In this document: positions 38,830 to 51,236 of the stretch, in pieces
Layout: each line of letters starts with the position of its first letter
Position numbering within the stretch: position 1 is the stretch's first letter
Source: Eledone cirrhosa
Lineage: Eukaryota
Length of the DNA stretch: 64,000 nt
Direction of reading: 5' to 3'
NCBI GenBank assembly: GCA_964016885.1
Contig: OZ024751.1
Coordinates: 46,252,001 to 46,316,000 of the forward strand
Notes under the pieces: model-generated
Told to the model about the DNA's origin: nothing
Seen by the model: the letters and a program-made list of their open reading frames with translations, nothing else
The model's database searches: none
Made by a program: the position numbers and the translations under genes

Positions 38830-39287
38830 AAGGCGGGTAAAATTCCCGAGATCCATGGACGAGTTCTCTCCAGCGGTCTCTGTCCCTCATTATCGCTGCC
38901 ATGTCCTGCGTCTCCAACAGACCAGTGTCTGTCCTTAGGGCATCAACATACGTTAACCTTGGTCTTCCTCTTCTAGTGTGTCCATGTAGGGGCTCCCAAA
39001 GGAGCACTGAGTGGGTCTGAGACTTGGACACTGACCAAGAAACTCACTCAGATGGTGGATGGGTGCTACACGAGAATGCTGAGGATGGCTCTGAACATTA
39101 ATCAGTATACACTGAGGATGAAAAACTCAGAGCTGTATGGGAGCATCCCAAAAGTCAGCTCAAAAGTGACACAGAGGAGACTGAGGTTGGCTGGACATGC
39201 TCACCGACATCCAGAGTTGACATTGCACTCAGTGCTCCTATGGGAGCCCCTACATGGACACACTAGAAGAGGAAGACCAAGGTTAAC

Positions 39288-39289
<2 letters not shown>
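38828..39289. pseudogene. RTE-clade LINE 3' fragment with internal inversion and duplication, within (TA)n
   Basis: + arm: ETWTLTKKLTQMVDGCYTRMLR..RRLRLAGH..RGRPRLTY. - arm: LLWEPLHGHTRRGRPRLTYVDALRTD..DRDRWRELV..*. Confidence 0.85.
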
Positions 39290-39342
<53 letters not shown>

Positions 39343-39558
39343 CACACACATACACATCAAATTACAAATTAAGAGGAAATAATAGACAAAAATATACCGA
39401 TTTTTTCTTCAAAGTTCCGACTGCAGTATTGCTGTTCCATATGGAATAATTGTGCATTATAGAAATTCACCACCGTTGTGTGGCAAATCAAGAGACACCT
39501 CAGAAAAAAGGAGTGTTTTCTCGACGCGTTTGTAGCAAGTGATACACACACACGCGCG

Positions 39559-39663
<105 letters not shown>

Positions 39664-39722
39664 TGTATATCAATAAAAAAATCCGAGGGCCATATTCATT
39701 TGGTTTTAGTTTATTATATATA

Positions 39723-39844
39723 TAGGGTGGCCCAAAAGTCGCGATACATAAAAAAATCATTGTGTCTTATAAGAAACAATTTATTCCAAATAAATAAATA
39801 TGGAAACTTAAAAATTTCCCATGTTTTGCGACTTTTGGGCCACC

Positions 39845-39847
<3 letters not shown>
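39723..39847. mobile_element. Tc1-like MITE
   Basis: TIR agggtggcccaaaagtcgc / gcgacttttgggccaccct with TA flanks. Confidence 0.8.
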
Positions 39848-39916
<69 letters not shown>

Positions 39917-39918
<2 letters not shown>

Positions 39919-40735
39919 TAATATATATGATAAACATAAAACGTGTTTGCATTGCAACAGACAAAGTTAGCTATCAATGAAATAAACTAATTAAAGTGAA
40001 TACAATTTGTCTGTCTCGATATAAGTCAATAAAGACAAGCTTATATTGGCAAAAGCCGTGATTCCTGGACAAATCTAAATTTCAAAATCCAAACCCGCTC
40101 CGTAGATGAATTTGAACTTCGAAACTTAAATATGTTTCGCAACGATGGTACATGAATTGAAAAATAAAGAGAATCGAAATGGAATTGAAATAAAAAGTGA
40201 AATATCCAAATCTTCTGTGCTTATCAACAGGAATCCAGTAAAATTAGTATATTCCACCATCAAAAATTTTGCAGGTCTGACTACACGTGTGTGTAGCCAG
40301 GCCAAACTAGCCGTCCCGCATTCCCGGTACTAGAAATAACAGCCATTTATGCGGGATTAAAGATCAGCTCTACAGTTAAGGAGCAATATACTATATTATA
40401 TTTTGAGATTAAACTCTCAGTCGTTTACAATAAATCAGCTCCAAGAAAGAGGCATTTCCGAGCAGTTAAATACATTAATATATATGATAAACGCAAAACG
40501 TGTTTGCATTGCAACAGACAAAGTTAGCTATCAATGAAATAAACTAATTAAAGTGAATACAATTTGTCTGTCTCGATATAAGTCAATAAAGACAAGCTTA
40601 TATTGGCAAAAGCCGTGATTCCTGGACAAATCTAAATTTCAAAATCCAAACCCGCTCCGTAGATGAATTTGAACTTCGAAACCTAAATATGTTTCGCAAC
40701 GATGGTACATGAATTGAAAAATAAAGAGAATCGAA
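39917..40735. repeat. 262-bp direct repeat, 557-bp period, non-coding, adjacent to (TA)n
   Basis: 39917-40178 is nearly identical to 40474-40735; the second copy is cut off by the Penelope-like element. Confidence 0.9.
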
Positions 40736-41019
40736 GTAGGTGTTGTCGACGACGATGGATAGGAGTTGGTGGATGTCAGTGGTGGTGATCCCGAAGCAGT
40801 GTAGGTCGGTGGATTGGACGCGTTCCATCAGTATATTGACGGCCGGGAGTGCCGGGACCGAGGTGTAGAGAGCGACTACATCAAGGCTGAAGGCATATCT
40901 GTTATTCCTTCTGGTGTCGGGATCCATTTGATGCAGGCGCTTCAACACCTCCTCGGAGCTGTTAACGTGTCCCGGCAAGGTGTCTAAGATGGGTTTGAGT
41001 ATTCTGGCTAGGAATTCCT
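40731..41019 (-). pseudogene. Inverted upstream part of the same Penelope RT
   Basis: EFLARILKPIL..SLDVVALYTSVP..LLSIVVDNTYF. Confidence 0.9.
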
Positions 41020-42070
41020 TGACCAAACATACCAACAAACCTCGGGATTGCCCATGGGATCAAGCCTATCAGGTGTGCTAGCGATCTCTTACATGGACAA
41101 CCTCGAACACAAGGCACTCAACGCCTGCCACCCCAACGCCGTAGCCTTTTTCTCAAGGTACGTGGACGATATCCTCATCCTCACATCTTCCCAAGACACG
41201 GCGAACAGAATCTATGAGACGTTCAACAACACGGACGAGAACATTGACTTCAGTGTTGAACACCCCAACGAAGACGGGTCACTTGCCCTCCTCGACTTCC
41301 GAATCAACATCACGGAACAGGGAAGGATCCACTGCAACTTCTACCGAAAGGCAGCCTGCAGGGACCTGTTCGTTCACTACAAGTCCGCCCTCCCTAACAG
41401 TGCCAAAAGAGGATACATCACGAACGAGATCGCGCGAATCAAAAACAGATGCAGCGATCCCGCGAGTGGTGTCACTCATACCAAGCGATTCCTCGAGGTG
41501 CTGGAGACGAACGGGTACCCTACCTCGATCACAGACAGAATAGGAGACACCAGACACAAGAGACAGAGAGGCACCCAAGGCAAGTGCTTCCTTAAAATGC
41601 CACACCTGGGCGAGAATACCACCAACGCTATCCGCAAGGCTATACGGAGGGAGGGCCTGGACATCCACCTGGCCCACTCGGGCCCCTCCCTGCGAAGATG
41701 CCTCTCCAAGAAACCCGGGAAATCTACTGACGCATGCTCCCTCAGAGACTGCCCGATACGCCATGCGAACTGTTGCCTACGCACATACGTCGTGTATAAG
41801 ATAGAATGTAACAGGTGCAACCAATACTACATAGGTAGCACAATCCGACCTTTGCACATCCGGATCAAGGAACACACTAAAACCAGGGCCTCGTCTTTCC
41901 GGAAACACATAGACAAATGCGGAAACAAAGACGGAAGGCCCATTGTCACAATTCTAGCGACTGAAAGAAACGTCGGCACGTTACGTATCAAGGAAGCGCT
42001 TTTTATCAAACGCCTGCAACCGCAAATAAACAACCAATTAGAGAGAAGCGAAATGAGATGGCTGGTTTAA
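41012..42070 (+). CDS. Penelope-like RT C-terminal half plus GIY-YIG endonuclease (partial ORF)
   Basis: YQQTSGLPMGSSLS, RYVDDI, LLD, YRK, NGYP, Cys-rich linker, VVYKIECNRCNQYYIGST..RIKEH, and EALFIKRLQPQIN. Confidence 0.9.
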   Translation, partial: EFLDQTYQQTSGLPMGSSLSGVLAISYMDNLEHKALNACHPNAVAFFSRYVDDILILTSSQDTANRIYETFNNTDENIDFSVEHPNEDGSLALLDFRINITEQGRIHCNFYRKAACRDLFVHYKSALPNSAKRGYITNEIARIKNRCSDPASGVTHTKRFLEVLETNGYPTSITDRIGDTRHKRQRGTQGKCFLKMPHLGENTTNAIRKAIRREGLDIHLAHSGPSLRRCLSKKPGKSTDACSLRDCPIRHANCCLRTYVVYKIECNRCNQYYIGSTIRPLHIRIKEHTKTRASSFRKHIDKCGNKDGRPIVTILATERNVGTLRIKEALFIKRLQPQINNQLERSEMRWLV

Positions 42071-42459
42071 GTTAACAAACGATGTAGCAACACACAACAC
42101 ACGCACACACAAACGAAACAACTACACACACACACGCACACACACACAGTAGCATTCCACCATACGAACATACTACACTGCCAATACAGAGGAACAAGGC
42201 AACAACACAAGCACACACACACACTCAAGCGAGACAAAAACACACGCACACACACACACAGTAACATTTAACAAACAGGCAGAGAATGGACTGACAGCTA
42301 GCGCCACCCCACTCCCCCATTCGGCCGCTGACCTCTGCCCGACCGACCCCATTTCACGCGCACGCGCGCTCTGCCGAATACCTCAGATATTCAAAACAAC
42401 AAACAGCGGAGAACGCGTTTCGCACCTGTCCGACAGACAACCTTTACCCCGGAAAAAAA

Positions 42460-42495
42460 CCCCAGTTGATGGATGTGAATCCGAAATATATAGGG
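42460..42495 (+). ncRNA. Minimal hammerhead-like motif in the Penelope 3' repeat (non-canonical CAGTTGA core)
   Basis: ccc-CAGTTGA-t-ggat gtga atcc-GAAA-TATAT-A-ggg. Confidence 0.55.
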
Positions 42496-42749
42496 ACTAT
42501 TAAATCTCTCCCAAGGTAACTCTCTCTTGTGTTGTTATTTTAATTTTATCCTTTATACTCTTCCCTTCTTTCTTCTACACATTTACACATCTTATACACA
42601 CCACGCATCTCAACGTACACCCACTTACACCTCTTTCTCCACCACCGGATCTTGTTACCCGGAGATTTACCCATTTGCATTGTCGAGGCTTCCAAACGAC
42701 TTAAAGATATTTACTTATTATTCCACAATGCTTCAAGCAAACTTCAATA

Positions 42750-42829
<80 letters not shown>

Positions 42830-42992
42830 TATATTGGGTTGTAACATGAATTCCCGCCGTTGTTATAATTTGTTTGTTTTCACTCTATTTTTTCTTGTTT
42901 CGCTTAGTGAATATAGTCATAATTTGTTGGAATAATTTGTTTGAATAATTTGTTTGAATAACTTAATTTTACTTTTTTTTGTAGCATTTGAA

Positions 42993-44013
42993 ATGGAAAT
43001 TCCGGGAAGCAGAAAAACCCATTTTCGACACTTGCTTTATTTCTCTTTTCGCCGTAATAGCCGCCGAAGCAGCTCGGGATATTTGCGCCGTTTACGGAGA
43101 GGATGCTATAGCTGCGAGGACTGCTCGAGATTGGTTTGCCAAGTTCAAAAATGGCAACTTTGACCTGGATGACGCGCCTCGCTCTGGACGACCGATCGAG
43201 TTCGACGAAGACCATTTGAAGGCGCTTTTGAAAGAAGACGGCCGCCAAAAATGCAGAGAAGATGAACAGCAATGCAATAACAATCTCCCACCACCTTCAA
43301 TCAATTGGTTTTACTCAACAACTTGGAGCTTGGGAGCTACACGAGCTTACCGAAAACAAAAAAACAAAATAATATCGCCTTCAAATTGCTGCTCAACATC
43401 TCGCCCGACACCGAGCAACACACGGCCACAAGCAACGATCCTTATACAGTATGGTCACGGAAGATGATAAATGGTGTCTCTACGTCAACATGAAACAAAG
43501 GAAGGAGTGGATGGCTTTAGGAGACACACGCCAAAGCCGAGAGTTAAGAAAGACCTCCATCCCCAAAAGACCATGATCTGCGTTTGGTGGGACTGGGAGA
43601 TGCTTGAGAAAAAACAAAACGGTCGACAAGAATCTCTACATAGCCCAATTGCATCGTGTAAATGAGGCTATCCAACAGAAAAGACCCCATCGACAAGGCC
43701 AAGTAATCCTGCTCTACAACAATGCCAGGCCCACGTTGCAAACATCGTCAAAGCTGCCTTCCAAGAGCTCGATTGGGAGGTTCTTCAGCACCCACCGTAT
43801 TCTCCGGATCTTGCGTCAACCGACTATCATCTTTTCCGCTCATTGTCGAACCAAATGAGGGGCGTAACCTTCGACAATGACAAGGACCTTGCAAATTGGC
43901 TTAACAACTTCTTCGAGTCCAGGTCTGGCGATTTCTAGCGAAATGGCATCAATACATTGGTCGATAGGTGGGAGCAGGTCGTAAACAATGACGGAGAATA
44001 CATACTTGACTAA
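42993..44013 (+). pseudogene. Frameshifted mariner transposase
   Basis: WFAKFKNGNFDLDDAPRSGRP, W.LHEL, VTEDDKW, NARPH, HPPYSPDLA..DYHLF. Confidence 0.92.
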
Positions 44014-44023
44014 TTTGTTGTTA

Positions 44024-45579
44024 TCTCTCTATATATAAAACGGAAGATGTCTATCTCTGTGTGTGTGTATGATTTTTATGCATTTCCACATTTCTCTACC
44101 GATTTTGATAATTTTTTTCAAATGTGCTCCTAATTTACCAACGATGGTCAACGCGTAATAAACTTTGGCAAAGATTTCCTGCTTCTATGAAAAAAATCGA
44201 TAAAACTAAATACACGCTTAATCCCTCTCTCTACTACCCTCAACAATCTATGAAACTACATACATGTTGCAACTCTCTCTAAAAATTTCATCCCTCCCTC
44301 TACTCCCCTCTCAATCTCCTCTGCAACTCTCTTTAAAAGGTTAATGCCTCCTTCTACTACCCTATCACCATTACAGTTTACAACAGCGACAAAACTTCGT
44401 TCAGGAACGCGACATAAACTTTGAAAACTAAGCAACACATTAATTTTACAACAACAAACATAGCTTTACTCTCTCCGTCGCTCTTCCCTCTCTCTATAAT
44501 AGATTATTCCCTTTCTCTATAATTTAACTGCTTTACTCTCTTCATGCTTTGAGGTTTAACACACCTCCCTATAGTTTCTTAGCTTTACTCTCTCCGTCGC
44601 TCTTCCCTCTCTCTCTATAATAGATCATTCCCCCTCTCTATAATTTAACTGCTTTACTCTCTCTGTCGCTCTTCACTCTCTATATGACAACACTGTTTTA
44701 CACATCTCCCTATAGTTTCTTAGCTTTACTCTCTCCACCGCTCTTCCCTCTCTCTATAATAGATTATTCCCCCTCTCTATAATTTAACTGCTGGGGGAGT
44801 CATTGGAGTTCCGTATTGACATACGGCTTTTTAAATCGGCTTATTGCAAATAACAACCCGCAAAATAACACTTCATATAACAGATTAATGCGTATGGATC
44901 GGAATGTTTAAATTATTTATTTTTTACGACTTTAATTGGTTAAATATTAATATGACAACACCCATAGTGTTGTACTTCTGGCAATTCTGCCGAATACACT
45001 GCCAAGGATCAACCTTTTCCCCTCGGCGTCAGATATCCCGTTCGATTTCCGGCGATCCCAATTCCCGGTGAGACCATGTTTTGCCATGTCCATTAACAAG
45101 TCACAAGGGCAAACATTGTCGGTGGCGGGCATCCATTTGGGGGAGCCATGCTTCTCCCATGGCCAACTTTATGTTGCCTGTTTCGGCGTAGGGAGCAGGA
45201 ATGGGCTTTTTGCTTACACTCCTCAAGGGATGACACGCAATATCGTCTACAAAGAGGTGCTATAGATGTTGGTTCAGGTGTTGGAGCTAAGCCGTCTGGA
45301 AAACTATTTCCTGGTAGGGTCACCCATGGCGGACAGATCTGACACCCAGCCGCATCAGAGCCACCACCTTGCAACTTTGGTCTGCTAAATTCGCTATTGG
45401 AAGATTATTAACCCATCATTGATTTTCCAAAATGCTAATTGGTTCGTAACTTTTGATAACCGGTTCAACTGCTTTATGCACTTAATTGATAAACTTATTC
45501 GCTTTCAAGTCACGTTTACTTGTATGTAACTTTTCATAGCAAATGAACAAACCCGAGCAACGCCGGGCTAAACTGCTAG
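44024..45579 (+). mobile_element. Non-autonomous Helitron with Pif1-helicase C-terminal remnant
   Basis: A|TC start and cccgagcaacgccggg-N8-CTAG|T end. It contains an internal tandem repeat at 44460-44790. Confidence 0.9.
44997..45265 (+). pseudogene. Helitron Rep/Hel helicase C-terminal fragment
   Basis: LPRINL..PFDFRRSQFPVRPCFAMSINKSQGQTL..FSHGQLYVAC..TRNIVYKEVL*. Confidence 0.9.
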
Positions 45580-45660
45580 TTATTCTTATTATTTTCAATA
45601 ACACTTCTTAATAAAAAAAACGGCGGGAATTTATGTTACAACCGAATATATATATATATA

Positions 45661-46522
45661 CGAGGTGTGTAAGAAAAGTTCCAGGACTGATGTCACAAAA
45701 GATTTATTTCAAACCCAAACTTCACACTAAGATTTTTCTCCTTCAAAGTAATCCCCCCGGAGTATGTAACTGTAATCTTAGCTCTCTGCAGCGATCAAAC
45801 TTTTTGCTTTATAATTTTATATACATGTCCTCTATTTCAGGTCGTCAAGCAATGAGCACAGAGCAACGAACAAACTTGAAGTTTCTGGTACGGTTGGGGA
45901 AAACTCCATCAGAAGCACTGGGATTGCTGCAGCAAGTGTATGGAGATGAGACGATGTCACGCTCACGTGTTTTTGAGTGGTGCAAGATGACTTCAGGAGC
46001 GGAAGGCCCTCAACAACCAGGTCTGAGGTCAACGTTGAGTGCGTCAGGCAGATGGTGCGTAGCGATCGTCGGCTGACTGTTCGACTGATGGCAAATGAGC
46101 TGGGCATGAATCGGGACAGCGTCTGGAAGATTCTCACTGAAGATTTGGACATGCGGAAAGACTGCGCGAAGATGGTGCCAAAACTGCTGAACGATGACCG
46201 GAAGGGTCGATGCATGCAAGTGTGCCAGGACATCCTCGAGCGTCTTGAAACCGAACCAGACTTGATAGGGACAGTCATCACCGGTGATGAGTCATGGATC
46301 TTCGAGTACGACGTGGACGACATCAAAAAGGCCGTGACGACGGAACTGCGGAGGATCTCGGAAGAATCATTCCAGGAGTGCATGCAAGCGTGGCAGAAAA
46401 GGATGGAAAAGTGCATTAGACTCCAGGGGGATTACTTTGAAGGAGAAAACTCTTAGTGTGAAGTTTGGGTTTGAAATAAATCTTTTGTGACATCAGTCCT
46501 GGAACTTTTCTGACACACCTCG
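45661..46522 (+). mobile_element. Internally deleted mariner element with TIRs of about 100 bp
   Basis: cgaggtgtgtaagaaaagttccagg / cctggaacttttctgacacacctcg. Transposase pieces MSTEQRTNLKFLVRLGK, RSGRP, KMVPK and ITGDESW are joined directly to the C-terminal ..QGDYFEG. Confidence 0.92.
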
Positions 46523-46579
46523 TACATATATACATATATATATACATATATATACATATACACATATATGTATACATAT

Positions 46580-46640
<61 letters not shown>

Positions 46641-46822
46641 TGAAGGCACGTGGTAGATTTCTTAGAGAACTGGATTGGTTAGAGAACTGAATCGTGAAGT
46701 TGTGAGTTCGATTCCTGGACCAGGCGATGCGTTATGTCCTTGAGCAAGACACTTTATTTCACGTTACTCCTTCTACCTGTAGTTGCGACCGATAGATAGT
46801 ATTGACGAAAGTCGATCGACTG

Positions 46823-46874
<52 letters not shown>

Positions 46875-46956
46875 CAAAGGGATATTTAATTTGTTGGTAA
46901 TTCAACATATATATTTATAACTGATTCGAAGCACTCGACAAGTTTTCTGGAGTATA

Positions 46957-47260
46957 ATATCAATGATATTAATAAATGGAAACTATATTCATAAAACCAT
47001 ATTTATTCTATTATATATATTTCAAGGGTACCAAAACTTTGGTGCGCTCTCATCAGATAAAATACAAAGATTGTTTTATAAATAGTGACATACTCATTCC
47101 AAACGGAACTTGAACCGTTAAGGTCTGTTTCCTGGATATGTCACTATTTATAAAACAAACTTTGTATTTTATCTGATGAGAGCGTACCAAAGTTTTGGTA
47201 GCCTTGAAATATATATAATAGAATAAATTTATAAATATAGTTTGTATTTATTAATATCAT

Positions 47261-47266
<6 letters not shown>
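46957..47266. repeat. Inverted repeat (arms of about 130 bp) carrying hammerheads on both strands
   Basis: The arms pair around a loop of about 45 nt (47092-47136); followed by (TA)n. Confidence 0.9.
47165..47225 (+). ncRNA. Type I hammerhead ribozyme (mirror copy on the - strand at 47004-47064)
   Basis: tattttat-CTGATGA-gagcgtaccaaa g ttttggtagcctt-GAAA-TATATAT-A-atagaata; palindromic stem III. Confidence 0.85.
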
Positions 47267-47325
<59 letters not shown>

Positions 47326-47394
47326 TGTGTGTGTGTAAATAAACGAACAAATAAGAGGCTGCAATAACATGAAGTGTATTAGTTTCGCGCTTGG

Positions 47395-48560
47395 ATGTGC
47401 CTACATTTCACACCTGCCCTGGGCTTGTTACCAACACTGGAGATGCCTATGTTTCACACCTGCCTACTACTACCACTGGAGGTGCCTACATTTCACATCT
47501 GGCCTGGGCCTATTACCACCACTTGAGGTACCTACATTTCACATCTGGCATGGGCCTATTACCACCACTTGAGGTACCTACATTTCACATCTGGCCTGGG
47601 CCTATTACCACCACTTGAGGTGCCTACATTTCACATCTGGCCTGGTCCTATTACCACCACTTGAGGTGCCTACATTTCACATCTGGCCTGGGTCTATTAC
47701 CACCACTTGAGGTACCTACATTTCACATTTGGCCTGGGCCTATTACCACCACTTGAGGTGCCTACATTTCACATTTGGCCTGGGCCTATTACCACCACTT
47801 GAGGTGCCTACATTTCACATCTGGCCTGGGCCTATTACCACCACTTGAGGTACCTACATTTCACATCTGGCATGGGCCTATTACCACCACTTGAGGTACC
47901 TACATTTCACATCTGGCCTGGGCCTATTACCACCACTTGAGGTGCCTACATTTCACATCTGGCCTGGTCCTATTACCACCACTTGAGGTGCCTACATTTC
48001 ACATCTGGCCTGGGTCTATTACCACCACTTGAGGTACCTACATTTCACATTTGGCCTGGGCCTATTACCACCACTTGAGGTGCCTACATTTCACACCTGG
48101 CCTGGGCCTATTACCACCACTTGAGGTACCTACATTTCAAATCTGGTCTGGGCCTATTACCACCACTTGAGGTGCCTACATTTCATATCTGGCCTGGGTC
48201 TATTACCACCACTTGAGGTGCCTACATTTCACATCTGGCCTGGGTCTATTACCACCACTTGAGGTACCTACATTTAACATCTGGCCTGGGTCTATTATCA
48301 CCACTTGAGGTGCCTACATTTCACATCTGGCCTGGGTCTATTACCACCACTTGAGGTACCTACATTTCAAATCTGGTCTGGGCCTATTACCACCACTTGA
48401 GGTGCCTACATTTCACATCTGGCCTGGGCCTATTACCACCACTTGAGGTGCCTACATTTCACATCTGGCCTGGGTCTATTACCGCCACTTGAGGTGCCTA
48501 CATTTCACATCTGGCCTGGGTTTATTACTGGCATTGGAGGACGCCTACATTTTACAACTG
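47395..48560. repeat. 46-bp minisatellite, about 25 copies
   Basis: Unit cctacatttcacatctggcctgggcctattaccaccacttgaggt(g/a). Confidence 0.95.
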
Positions 48561-48898
48561 GCCAGAGCGTACAACCAGCTTTGGCGGGAACAAGGTAATA
48601 AGTATAGTAATACAGAGTAATAGTAATACAGATCTGAACCATCAATTTTTCACATGGTAGAGAACATCTGGGAATATTAGGATATTTGAGACCGGGGAAA
48701 GTTTATTTCCGTCATCCTGCAGAATTACCAAGCAAATTCTGTCTTAAGCATCGCTATTTAAACATATACACTCTAAAGTGGTACTTATATTACACCAACT
48801 AAAACTTTTCTCATATGCAGCTCGTTTATTAGACGCTAGCACAGTTAGCAAACGTACTGAAAGACTCAGAGATGTAGTCACCACTTTATAATTAGCAC

Positions 48899-49048
<150 letters not shown>

Positions 49049-49244
49049 AGAGCAATTTAAAACATTCTAAGGATTCTCAACTTCATTCTTCATTCTCTTG
49101 AAAACACGCACGCCTTATTTATAAGCAGCCATGCATGAACTGGCACGTACACACGCACACGCACGCACACACACATGCACACGTACGCACACACGCACAC
49201 ACACGCACGCTCACACACACATGCGCACATACGCACACACACAT

Positions 49245-49331
<87 letters not shown>

Positions 49332-49709
49332 TGGTGGCTACCAACTCGTTTTCGAGTACGGCCACTACTTTATATCCAAAGTAGGAGAACCCTACCGATG
49401 CGCTGAACGAGTGTGACTTTTTAGTCCAGCCAGCGACCTGAAAACTCTGGTACAAACACTACACTTGTGACAATTATTGACACATTGGCGACTCAACTGG
49501 CAACCCCACCAAGGTTTCTTGGTGAGGAGGGTGACTTTGGACATCCTGCAGGACTAAAAACATACACACATACATACATATATATATAGAGGTTATCACA
49601 TACATAAAATTAAATTAAATTAAATCAAAGATATATATATGTGTTGCAACTGTTCACTTTTAAGCTCAATGAAGAATTAATAAATTAAAATCAAAAAATC
49701 AGAGCATTA

Positions 49710-49858
49710 TATCATAAATCATGTCTATAGAATCAATCAGATATTAAAATATATACTATTTCTTCTTCTAATTAGCATAATATATGCTAATTATGCTAAT
49801 TAGAAGAAAAAATAGTATATATTTTAATATCTGATTGATTCTATAGACATGATTTATG

Positions 49859-49861
<3 letters not shown>
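49710..49861. repeat. Palindrome with arms of about 70 bp next to (TA)n
   Basis: tatcataaatcatgtctatagaatcaatcag... / ...ctgattgattctatagacatgatttatgata. Confidence 0.9.
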
Positions 49862-49899
<38 letters not shown>

Positions 49900-49903
<4 letters not shown>

Positions 49904-50265
49904 TTTTGCGAGGTTTTTGATATGAAATTGTGTGTCGAAACAAATATTGTTATACTTGGGGAGGGTCATATTGTTGTAATAATATTGCCAGAATTAATAA
50001 CAGAACACACTCACTGTTTGGTTGGTTTTCGCTTCTGTATCTTTTATATCAGTTAATTTAATTTTTTCGGTTCTCAATGTTTACCATTGACTGACCAACG
50101 GTCAAAAATACAGATATAATATAGACACAAACACATATATATAGTCTAACAAAGTTATTTCGTTGCACATCTGCAACATCGTCAGTGGTGCTATTATGTT
50201 TCCTCCTGTTGTATTGTATGTCTACGCCATCTTTATTTAATCTCTAATGTTCGGTAAACCCATAC

Positions 50266-50362
<97 letters not shown>

Positions 50363-50570
50363 ACGAAAGAACTTTGTTAGACTATATATAATATTTTTCT
50401 GTCTATATTATATCTGTATTTTTGACCGTTGGTCAGTCAATGTTAAACATTGAGGACCGAAAAAATTAAACTAACTGATATAAAAGATACAGAAGCGAAA
50501 ACCAACCAAACAGTGAGTGTGTTCTGTTATTAATTCTGGCAATATTATTACAACAATATGACCCTCCCCA
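49900..50570. mobile_element. Two oppositely oriented copies of a non-coding element separated by (TA)n; related fragment at 33390-33505
   Basis: 49957-50166 is the reverse complement of 50357-50570. A hammerhead-like CTGACGA-t-gttgca gatg tgcaac-GAAA lies on the - strand at 50141-50195. Confidence 0.75.
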
Positions 50571-51030
50571 TATATATATATAAATGGAATAATGAAATTT
50601 CATTTCTCACTCTTAGTACGGCTGATACTTAAATGTAAGTATGTATACGTACATACATATATGTATACAGACGTACAGTAGTATGTATATACATACATAC
50701 ATGCACACACATATATATATATGTACGTATGGGTTTACCGAACATTTATTATAATGTTCGGTTTGTTTGTAAACAAACAGCCCGAATTATTAGCCGTACA
50801 GTGTTCGGCAACCATCGTTGGTGGGCGAGAGAGATGGGGGCGTTGACGGTGGGAGTTCGGCTCTTCCGTGTTCAGACACATTGCACCTATCAAGAGTATG
50901 TATGCATGTACATGTATGTAAAAATTAATGGGTGAATAACAACAACAACAGCAACAGCTAAGGACAACCAACAACAACTAATAACTATAGAGGACATTTT
51001 ATAATTTGTTGGACGTTTGTACACCTTTAA

Positions 51031-51236
51031 CCCTTTAGCATTCAAACCGGCTAGAAATGTCTCTTTCTGTTCAAACCAATTGAAACTGGCTGCTTATACT
51101 GATGTTAAGGTATTGTTCTCAAAATAAATAATATCAAAATCTCATAGATTCGATATTATGTGAGGTAATTATGTAAGATAAAGTGTTTACTACAAAAATA
51201 CAATAGTATATATAGAGTAATGTGAATACTAAAGGG
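51031..51236. mobile_element. piggyBac-like MITE
   Basis: TTAA|ccctttagcattca ... tgaatactaaaggg|TTAC. Confidence 0.7.

Larger units (their letters stand above)
40731..42755 (+). mobile_element. Penelope-like retroelement, 5'-truncated with 5' inversion
   Basis: RT N-part inverted (40731-41019), RT C-part and GIY-YIG on +, then a CA-rich tract, a hammerhead-like pLTR region and (TA)n. Confidence 0.9.
42834..45646 (+). mobile_element. Mariner DNA transposon (decayed) interrupted by a Helitron
   Basis: TIRs ttgggttgtaacatgaattcccgccgtt / aacggcgggaatttatgttacaaccgaa with TA flanks. Confidence 0.92.

Noticed and set aside
40100-40140. Hammerhead in the 262-bp direct repeat (tagatga..cgaaac..gtt)
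   Set aside because: The core is mismatched and there is no convincing stem I or II.
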